Assembly (NCBI GenBank): GCA_038320005.1
Contig: JBBQDV010000001.1
Span: 1-47,092, forward strand
DNA from: Cyanophyceae cyanobacterium
Lineage (GTDB): Bacteria > Cyanobacteriota > Cyanobacteriia > Cyanobacteriales > SIO1D9
Length of the DNA: 47,092 nt
Direction of reading: 5' to 3'
Positions within the stretch are counted from its first letter, which is position 1. Every line of letters starts with the position of its first letter. A program made the translations under genes and the position numbers. Below the pieces are notes generated by a model. It made no database searches and was not told the DNA's origin. It saw only the letters and a list, made by a program, of their open reading frames with translations. Positions 9,822 to 17,423 of this stretch are shown here, one piece after another.

Positions 9822-10253
9822 TTACTCTAAAAGCTGTTGTGGCAATACTACTAAGATATTACCCTCCCGTCGAACCACAAATACTTTTTCGTTGGGCGCG
9901 ATCGCGCAACTTTGATCCGCACAAATAGCTTGCCAAGAATTCCCCTCATATCTTACTCTTCCACCTTTCCCTGGCAAAATTTCACTGATCGTTTCTGCTT
10001 CTTGGGAATCTCCTAAACTAGATTGACGACGGCGAGGCGTAAACCGCTTTCTCACAAACAGAACTAAAATAATTGAGAAAACTAGCCAAAGTGCTACTGT
10101 AGCGGTGAAAGGAACTTGGGGAAAAATAACCGAAATGACCGCCACCAACAAAGCACCCACTCCCATTGTAAAATCAAGAAATGCAGTGGGGAGGAATAAC
10201 TCCGATAGACAAAGAGCAGATCCAATTAAAAGCCAGATGAGAGTGATATCCAT
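9822..10253 (-). CDS. NfeD-family membrane protein
   Basis: Three N-terminal TM segments and a C-terminal OB-like NfeD domain (GGRVRYEGNSWQAICAD...VFVVRREGNILVV). It lies directly upstream of the SPFH gene, which is the classic NfeD-SPFH operon. Confidence 0.85.
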   Translation of the reverse strand: MDITLIWLLIGSALCLSELFLPTAFLDFTMGVGALLVAVISVIFPQVPFTATVALWLVFSIILVLFVRKRFTPRRRQSSLGDSQEAETISEILPGKGGRVRYEGNSWQAICADQSCAIAPNEKVFVVRREGNILVVLPQQLLE

Positions 10254-10373
10254 ATGAGCTAAACTTAGCTAGATATAACAAATATATCCTCTTTATCTTA
10301 ACTTTTCTGGGTAAAACTCTCGAAAGCGAAATTATTTGCTTTGCGAAAGACCCGACATGAACCATAACCCCTT

Positions 10374-12200
10374 ATGAGCCGTTCTGATTTACAGATACCA
10401 TCCTATCTTTGGGCAATAGGGAGTACAGCAGCTAAGTTTACTCCCAATCAATTAGTCCTTGACCGCTACAACGTGATTGCGCCTCAGATTTGGCAAGATC
10501 GCAACACCCTGACGGGTCAGCACCATCGTGATAATCTGACCTACGCGCCAGAGGAATTACCCGCAAGCACGATTCCCTACCTCGCCCTATTTCCCCACCG
10601 TCTTCACCTGCCAGTAATTTATAGCATCTGTTTCGTTAAAGAAGCAGAAATTATCTTATTAGAAAACGTTCCCTTCACCGAAAACGGTCAACTTCTCCCT
10701 ACCTTAACTGAAAGTTGGCAAGAAGCCACTCCTGTACGCCAACTCTACTGGCTTTGGCAGATTTTAGAACTTTGGCAACCATTGATGGAACAAAGGGTAG
10801 GAAAAAGCCTCTGCATTGCGGATAACCTCCACGTAGAAGGCTGGCTTGTCCGATTACGAGAACTCTATCCAGATGAGAAAACCCCCTCCTTAGGGCAACT
10901 GGGTACAACTTGGTCTGATTTAGTTGAACATAGTGATGCCGAAATTGCCCCTCAACTCGAAGCTCTAATTCAGCAACTACAAACCCCTGAGAGCAAGCTT
11001 AAAGACGTACAAACTAACCTGAACCAACTCCTCCTTAGCCAAGCCAGTCAACAACCATTAGGAGTCAGTTTCGCTAGTAGCACGGATCTTGGTGTAAAAC
11101 CCAACCACAACGAAGATAGTCACTACCCCACCGCAGCAGATGTGGAAGACCCCCTGTCCCAATACCTCGCTATTGTCTGTGATGGGATTGGGGGACATGA
11201 AGGGGGAGAAGTGGCGAGTCAGCTTGCGGTACAAACCCTCACCCTGCAAATACGGGCTATTTTGGTGGAACTAGAAGTTGATCCCGAACCCATGACTCCC
11301 CAGATGGTTGCAGATCAACTAAATGCGGTTCTGCGAGTCGTGAATAACTTGATCTGCGCTCGGAATAATGAGCAAGAGCGAGAACATCGTCAGCGCATGG
11401 CAACAACGGTGGTAATGGCTCTACAATTGCCCCAAAGAGTCCTAAATTCGGGTTCAGACCTCAATAGTCATGAACTTTATCTTGCCCATGTGGGAGATAG
11501 TCGGGCTTATTGGCTAACTGCGGAGAGTTGTCATCTGTTGACCGTTGACCATGATGTGACTAATCGAGAGGTGCGCATGGCGCGGAGTTTATATCGCGAA
11601 GCCCTACAACGTCCCGATGCAATTGGCTTAACTCAGGCTTTGGGAACTCGGGATGCGGAATCTTTGCGCCCTACTATCCAAAGGTTCATTTTAGAGGAAG
11701 ATGGACTTTTGCTGCTTTGTTCAGATGGCTTAAGTGATCATCAATGGGTTGAGGAATCTTGGCGAAATTTTGTCCCCCAGGTATTAGGGGGAGAATTGTC
11801 TCTAGAAGCCACTGTGAAGGACTGGATTGCTCAGGCAAAGGAACAAAATGAAGATGATAATATTTCTCTGGTTTTAACCGCTTATCGCGTCTCTCCCCTG
11901 CCTGAAGTGGTAGTTTCTCCAGCGGAAGTCCCTAATTTTGAGCTTGTCCAAGAAATTGAGACGCAACCAATCCCTGAACCAATGCTATCTGCGATTGTAC
12001 CTTTGCTGGCTGTGGAAAAAGAAGAGTTAGCAAAAACTGAGTCTCCTGAACCGATTCAGGCTAGACCTAGTTGGGTGAGAATGATCGCGATCACTTTTAC
12101 CGTCATGGCTTTAATTACCACAACCTTTGCTGTGGGGCTGATTGCTCAACAATGGTTCTTTCCTAGCGAGTCAGAGACAGAAATTGAACAATCCCAATAA
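10374..12200 (+). CDS. PP2C-family Ser/Thr phosphatase with an N-terminal kinase-like (probably inactive) region and a C-terminal TM anchor
   Basis: PP2C motifs NEDSHY, AIVCDGIGGHEGGEVAS, AHVGDSRAY, LLLCSDGLSD and DDNISLV. The C-terminal hydrophobic segment is MIAITFTVMALITTTFAVGLI. Confidence 0.85.
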   Translation: MSRSDLQIPSYLWAIGSTAAKFTPNQLVLDRYNVIAPQIWQDRNTLTGQHHRDNLTYAPEELPASTIPYLALFPHRLHLPVIYSICFVKEAEIILLENVPFTENGQLLPTLTESWQEATPVRQLYWLWQILELWQPLMEQRVGKSLCIADNLHVEGWLVRLRELYPDEKTPSLGQLGTTWSDLVEHSDAEIAPQLEALIQQLQTPESKLKDVQTNLNQLLLSQASQQPLGVSFASSTDLGVKPNHNEDSHYPTAADVEDPLSQYLAIVCDGIGGHEGGEVASQLAVQTLTLQIRAILVELEVDPEPMTPQMVADQLNAVLRVVNNLICARNNEQEREHRQRMATTVVMALQLPQRVLNSGSDLNSHELYLAHVGDSRAYWLTAESCHLLTVDHDVTNREVRMARSLYREALQRPDAIGLTQALGTRDAESLRPTIQRFILEEDGLLLLCSDGLSDHQWVEESWRNFVPQVLGGELSLEATVKDWIAQAKEQNEDDNISLVLTAYRVSPLPEVVVSPAEVPNFELVQEIETQPIPEPMLSAIVPLLAVEKEELAKTESPEPIQARPSWVRMIAITFTVMALITTTFAVGLIAQQWFFPSESETEIEQSQ

Positions 12201-12291
12201 ATAATTCCCTTCTTGTGCAAGAATGGTAAGGTTAATCTTGGGGGTAACTACTGCCTCACCGCTGTAATTAGAGACAAGCAAAAGAAGTTAT

Positions 12292-12513
12292 ATGAAAGTT
12301 GGCGATCGCGTCCGTGTCACCGAATCAGTTATTGTCTATCATCACCCTGAACATCGTAAAGATGCCTTTGACATTAAGGGGATGGAAGGAGAGGTAATTG
12401 GTCTTATTACTGAATGGGAAGGAAGACCTGTCAGTGCCAATTTTCCCATACAAGTCAAGTTTGGTAAAAAATTCCGCGCCCATATGCGAGAAGATGAAGT
12501 CGAAACAGTTTAA
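12292..12513 (+). CDS. ftrV: ferredoxin-thioredoxin reductase variable chain
   Basis: 73 aa: MKVGDRVRV...VYHHPEHR...FDIKGMEGEV...PVSANFPIQVKF..KFRAHMREDE. This is characteristic of FtrV. Confidence 0.85.
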   Translation: MKVGDRVRVTESVIVYHHPEHRKDAFDIKGMEGEVIGLITEWEGRPVSANFPIQVKFGKKFRAHMREDEVETV

Positions 12514-12576
12514 ATTACCGCGACTTTTCATTAAGTCGGTAAGATAAAATACTGAATTGATCCTTTACCTCTAAAG

Positions 12577-13896
12577 ATGCAAAAACTTCCTAGACGAGTC
12601 TCAACGGCACTCCTTAACGCCCTAGCTGCGGGAGTTGTCCCCAGAGTGGGTTTAGATTCTATCGCTGTTGGTCGCGAAAAAGAAGTCAATGCCCTCCGCC
12701 AAGATTTAGAAAATATTGGTGCTGGGGGTGCGACTTTTCGCTTTGTTGTGGGACGCTATGGGGCAGGAAAAAGCTTTTTATTACAGTTACTCCGCAATCA
12801 GGCGATGGAACAGGGGTTTGTGGTGGCGGATGCAGATTTATCTTCTGACTGTCGCCTCGCAGGGAGTCGTAATCAAGGGGTGGCTACCTATCGGGAGTTG
12901 ATGAAAAATCTTGCTACTCAAACTAGTCCCAATGGTGGCGCGATCGCGCTTATCCTGGAAAAGTGGATTAGTAATATTCTCTCTAAAGTTGCGACGCAAA
13001 CGGGTAAACGTCCAGGGGATGAAGAATTTGAAACCCAAGTTGAATCACAAATTATCACCGTTGTCAATGATTTAGAAGGTTTAGTTCACGGCTTTGATTT
13101 TGCCAATGTGATTATCAACTACTGGCGAGGCTACCGTGAAGATAATAACGAACAAAAAGAATCTGCCTTACGGTGGTTGCGAGGAGAATTTAACACCAAA
13201 ACTGAAGCGAAAAATGCTTTAGGTGTGGGGGTAATTATTGATGATGACACTTGGTACGATTATCTGAAACTATTTGCTAAATTCATCGCAGATTTAGGCT
13301 ACAAAGGTTTACTGATTTTCCTTGATGAAGCCATTCATATCTATAAAATTACCCATAAGGGTTCACGCCAAAGCAACTATGATAAGCTTCTCGCCATGTT
13401 TAATGATGCCATGCAAGGGAAAGCAGAACATCTTGGTACAATTATCGGGGGAACTCCCAAATTTATCGAAGATACCAGGCGCGGACTCTACAGTGATGAA
13501 GCTTGGCGAACTCGTCTTGCGACCAGTCGCTTAGTTACCCAAAGTGGAATTACCGACACCTCAGCCCCAACTATTTATCTTAATCCCCTAACCGAGTTAG
13601 AATTGTTGCAACTTCTCCAAAATTTAGTTACGGTTCACAGTACCCATTACCAATCGAAAAGCCAGATTTCCGCAAAGCAAATCAATTCCTTTACCGCAGA
13701 AGTTTCACAACGTTTAGGGGCGGATAAATTAACAACTCCCAGAGAAGTTGTCCGAGATTTTATCACCTTACTGAACCTACTACAACAGAATCCAGAAATG
13801 AAGTTTGAGCAATTACTGACTAATTCTAAGTTACTCAATCCTGAACAAGATAATAAATCTCAGCAGAGTAACGAATTTGCAGAATTTACCCTCTAA
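12577..13896 (+). CDS. DUF2791/BrxC-like P-loop ATPase (BREX-system ATP-binding-domain family)
   Basis: N-terminal pattern AAGVVPRVGLDSIAVGREKEV..L..DL, a Walker A GRYGAGKSFLL, and a Walker B-like LLIFLDEA. Size is about 440 aa. Confidence 0.7.
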   Translation: MQKLPRRVSTALLNALAAGVVPRVGLDSIAVGREKEVNALRQDLENIGAGGATFRFVVGRYGAGKSFLLQLLRNQAMEQGFVVADADLSSDCRLAGSRNQGVATYRELMKNLATQTSPNGGAIALILEKWISNILSKVATQTGKRPGDEEFETQVESQIITVVNDLEGLVHGFDFANVIINYWRGYREDNNEQKESALRWLRGEFNTKTEAKNALGVGVIIDDDTWYDYLKLFAKFIADLGYKGLLIFLDEAIHIYKITHKGSRQSNYDKLLAMFNDAMQGKAEHLGTIIGGTPKFIEDTRRGLYSDEAWRTRLATSRLVTQSGITDTSAPTIYLNPLTELELLQLLQNLVTVHSTHYQSKSQISAKQINSFTAEVSQRLGADKLTTPREVVRDFITLLNLLQQNPEMKFEQLLTNSKLLNPEQDNKSQQSNEFAEFTL

Positions 13897-14036
13897 AGTT
13901 GTCAAGGGGTGTTTGTCGTCCAAATAATAGCTAAGATACGGTTAGATTACTTGGGTCGTGACTCAAGCCTTGACAATAGCTAAATTCGTCTTTTTCCGCT
14001 AAATCTTCACCGCAAGCATCTTTGGGCAAATCGATT

Positions 14037-15215
14037 ATGATATTATTAGTCAAAAGGATGGGTGTCTATTTCAGTTTATTAATTCTGGGGGGGAGTGTGG
14101 GCTACTTCGGACATCGCTATCTAGGACAACCTGGAGGTTTTGAGAGTCCATCTTTACTGGAGACACAACTAGACCCAATTCCCGCACCTTCAGGGGAAGA
14201 CAACCCTACTGATCTTAACTTCATTACCCAAGCGGTGAATCAAATTGGTCCAGCGGTAGTCAGGATTGATGTATCCCGTAGCGTTTCTCTTCGTGATCCT
14301 TTTGAGAATCCTTTTTCCCGTCGTTCTTCTGGGGAAGAAGCACCAAGTTCTGAACGTATTGAACAGGGAACAGGTTCAGGATTTATATTAAGTTCTGATG
14401 GTCGCTTGGTGACAAATTCTCATGTTATTGAAGGTTCTGATTCTGTAAAAGTAACCCTTAGAGATGGGCGCGTTTTTGATGGTGTGGTTTTAGGTTCAGA
14501 TTTGGTGACGGATGTGGCGGTAATTAAGATTGATGCGCAAAATTTACCCACGGTGAAGTTAGGAAGGTCAGAGAATTTAATTCCTGGGGAATGGGCGATC
14601 GCGATCGGTAATCCTTTAGGCTTAGATAATACGGTAACAGTAGGAATTATTAGCGCAATTGGGCGTTCTAGTTCCCAGGTGGGTGTTCCCGACAAACGGG
14701 TTAATTTCATTCAAACCGATGCTGCGATTAACCCAGGTAACTCTGGTGGTCCTTTACTCAACGCTAGAGGGGAAGTTATTGGTATTAATACCGCAATTCG
14801 TGCAGACGCGCAAGGATTAGGGTTTTCCATCCCCATTGAAACTGGAATCCGCATCGCGAATGAGTTATCTAGTAAAGGACGGGTTGACCATCCCTATTTA
14901 GGGGTTCAGATGGTTACTCTCACTCAAGATATACGCAAGGAAGTGAATCAAGACCAAAATGCTGGTTTTACTATTTCCCAAAGTGAAGGAATTTTGATTA
15001 TGCGAGTTATCGCTAATTCTCCCGCAGAGTTAGCTGGTTTTGAGATAGGGGATATTATTATTGCTATTGATAAGCAACCTGTAGAAACCGCAGCAGATGT
15101 TCAGGAAGCGGTTGACAGAAGTGCGATTGGCGCATTGTTACCTGTTGAAGTGATGCGGAGGGGTAATTCTGTTCTTGTTGAGGTTCGCCCTGGCGCGTTT
15201 CCAGCAGATAATTAA
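14037..15215 (+). CDS. HtrA/DegP-family serine protease (trypsin-like domain plus PDZ)
   Basis: Catalytic triad context TNSHV, DVAVIK and GNSGGPL. A C-terminal PDZ is indicated by ANSPAELAGFEIGDIIIAID. The track start at 14022 is TTG; ATGs occur at 14037 and 14058. Confidence 0.92.
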   Translation: MILLVKRMGVYFSLLILGGSVGYFGHRYLGQPGGFESPSLLETQLDPIPAPSGEDNPTDLNFITQAVNQIGPAVVRIDVSRSVSLRDPFENPFSRRSSGEEAPSSERIEQGTGSGFILSSDGRLVTNSHVIEGSDSVKVTLRDGRVFDGVVLGSDLVTDVAVIKIDAQNLPTVKLGRSENLIPGEWAIAIGNPLGLDNTVTVGIISAIGRSSSQVGVPDKRVNFIQTDAAINPGNSGGPLLNARGEVIGINTAIRADAQGLGFSIPIETGIRIANELSSKGRVDHPYLGVQMVTLTQDIRKEVNQDQNAGFTISQSEGILIMRVIANSPAELAGFEIGDIIIAIDKQPVETAADVQEAVDRSAIGALLPVEVMRRGNSVLVEVRPGAFPADN

Positions 15216-15246
15216 AGATATTAAGTTACTGATACAAGGAGTTAAA

Positions 15247-15262
15247 GCTAATGTGTATTAGC
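15247..15262. terminator. weak bidirectional hairpin between htrA and tRNA-Thr
   Basis: GCTAAT-GTGT-ATTAGC (6-bp stem), followed on the plus strand by ACTTGTTTT and on the minus strand by TTTAAC. The stem is AT-rich, so this is tentative. Confidence 0.25.
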
Positions 15263-15275
15263 ACTTGTTTTAAAA

Positions 15276-15348
15276 AGCCTCAGACAGGATTTGAACCTGC
15301 GACCCCGAGATTACAAATCACGTGCTCTACCAACTGAGCTACTGAGGC
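15276..15348 (-). tRNA. tRNA-Thr (anticodon UGU)
   Basis: The reverse complement folds as a cloverleaf: acceptor GCCTCAG/CTGAGGC, D arm GCTC-AGTTGGTA-GAGC, anticodon arm CGTGA-TTTGTAA-TCTCG (one T:T mismatch), variable loop GGGTC, T arm GCAGG-TTCAAAT-CCTGT, discriminator T. No CCA is encoded. Length 73 nt. Confidence 0.9.
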
Positions 15349-15448
15349 AACAAACCTTTATTACTATAACAGATAGTTTCGATTTTTGGGTAACTTTTGA
15401 GAATTTATTTTTAGAAATATTTTCTTGTTACCGCTAAACCTATAACTA

Positions 15449-17191
15449 TCAAGACTTTTGGGCTGCTGCTTGGGTAAGGAGGGAGTCAGCAAACGCGATC
15501 GCGTTCTCCGCAGCGTGTCCTCCAGCGAGTTGGGCTAGTTCCTCTCGGCGAGTTTTCTGGTTATTGAGAACTGTCACGCGAACTACAGTCCTAATTTCAG
15601 GAAATTCTGCCGTTTCCGCATCAAACAGGGGAATTTCATCCGTTATCTGCTTATCAACACGAATATGAGTATCCGCCATCGCAGCAATTAGGGGTTGATG
15701 GGTAACACAAAGGACTTGATGCTGTTGGGAGAGGAAATGGAGTTTCGCAGCAATAGATTGAGCGACTTTCCCCGATACACCAGTATCAATTTCATCAAAG
15801 ATGAGGGTACTTGCTGCTATTTGGGAAAAACAGGCTTTCAAGGCGAGAAGAAAACGGCTCATCTCTCCCCCAGATGCAGTGGCGGAAAGGGGTTGCACTG
15901 CTTCCCCTGGGTTGGGACTAAAATGGAATATGACTTGATCTGCGCCATGAACTGAAGGCGTGGTAGGACTGAGACGACATTCAAAGCGCACTTTCTCCAT
16001 AGCGAGGGGAATTAGTTCTTGGATCAGTTGTTTTTCTAGCTGTGTGGCTGTGGTTTGGCGCAGTTGGGTTAATTCGCTACAAGCGGAGATTAGGTCGGCT
16101 TCTAGGTTGTTGTAGGCTTGTTCTAGCTGTTCTAGAGATTGTTCGCCTTCGGTTAGTTCTTGTAACTCTTGCTGAAGTTTCTCATAAAACGCGATCGCGT
16201 CAGCAAGACTAGGACCATATTTTCGGCAAATTTGCTTAAGCTGACTAATCCTTTCCCCTACTTCAGCAAGGCGTTCAGGATCAGATTCTAAGCTATCTCC
16301 GTAGGTATTTAATTGCTGTCCTGCTTCGACAATCTCAGTTAGGGCGTTTTGTACCATTTCTCGAACCAAAGCCAGTTGTCCATCGTAACGAACCATATCA
16401 TCAAGGATCATTTCTGCTTCCCCCAATAAATCTGCTACCGCAACCCCTTCGCCATCATTATCATTTTGATATAAAAGGCTATAAACCTTGTAACTTAGCT
16501 GTTGTAACTCCACCACATGAGAAAGACGATCGCGTTCTTGTTCAATGTTATCTAACTCCTCAGGATCACTGATATGAGACGCTTCTAACTCATTGAGTTG
16601 ATATTGTAAGAGGTCTAAACGTTGTAATCTTTCTTGTTCAGAATGTCGCCTTTTTTCTAAAGCCTTACTTGCTTCCTGGTAGGTACTGTGAATTGCGCTA
16701 ACTTCTTGTAACTGCTGAAGTAAACCCTTTCCACCATATTGATCGAGAAGGTGACGCTGTAAACCAGGGATTAATAACTGTACCGTTTGTCCTTGGGCGG
16801 TAATTTCGACTAAATTGTTGCGTAACTGTTCAATTAAGCGGAGATTGACGAGGACTCCATTTATGCGCGATCGCGATCGTAAACTTCCCTTGGACAACAC
16901 CAACTCGCGACTACAAACCACACTCCCCTCGTCCAGAGGTTCAATCTGCTGTTCTTGTAACCAATCACTCACCCCCTGATTAGATTGAAAAGTCGCCTCT
17001 ACCATCCCTTGCTGACTTCCAGACCGAATCATACGCCGATCCGCCTTCCCCCCCAAGGTTACATCAATCGCATCGAGAATAATCGATTTTCCCGCTCCCG
17101 TCTCCCCCGTAAAGACCGTTAAACCAGCGGTAAAATCCAACTCAAGCTGATCAATCAAAGCGAAATTAGTAATGCGTAGAGAAAAAAGCAT
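15449..17191 (-). CDS. recN: DNA repair protein RecN
   Basis: MLFSLRITNFALIDQLELDF...FTGETGAGKSIILDAI (Walker A), a long coiled coil, and a C-terminal ASGGEMSRF..LIFDEIDTGVSG. I prefer the ATG at 17189-17191 over the track start at 17236. Confidence 0.93.
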   Translation of the reverse strand: MLFSLRITNFALIDQLELDFTAGLTVFTGETGAGKSIILDAIDVTLGGKADRRMIRSGSQQGMVEATFQSNQGVSDWLQEQQIEPLDEGSVVCSRELVLSKGSLRSRSRINGVLVNLRLIEQLRNNLVEITAQGQTVQLLIPGLQRHLLDQYGGKGLLQQLQEVSAIHSTYQEASKALEKRRHSEQERLQRLDLLQYQLNELEASHISDPEELDNIEQERDRLSHVVELQQLSYKVYSLLYQNDNDGEGVAVADLLGEAEMILDDMVRYDGQLALVREMVQNALTEIVEAGQQLNTYGDSLESDPERLAEVGERISQLKQICRKYGPSLADAIAFYEKLQQELQELTEGEQSLEQLEQAYNNLEADLISACSELTQLRQTTATQLEKQLIQELIPLAMEKVRFECRLSPTTPSVHGADQVIFHFSPNPGEAVQPLSATASGGEMSRFLLALKACFSQIAASTLIFDEIDTGVSGKVAQSIAAKLHFLSQQHQVLCVTHQPLIAAMADTHIRVDKQITDEIPLFDAETAEFPEIRTVVRVTVLNNQKTRREELAQLAGGHAAENAIAFADSLLTQAAAQKS

Positions 17192-17423
17192 GATAGTTGA
17201 AAAACCTATCTTGGGAACAAAGCAGGATTTAAACACTGCACTTCATTTTATCGCAAGAATTAGCAGGAAAATGCGAGTAATCTCTCCTTCGATAGGCACT
17301 TCAGTTAATCGTGTTATCTATCTGTCAGACTTACGCAAACAGAATGATAAACTGAAAGCATTAACAACGGTTCGACTGTTTACTGTCTAGCTAATACTAG
17401 GTTGTTCATTTACCTCTAGAAAT

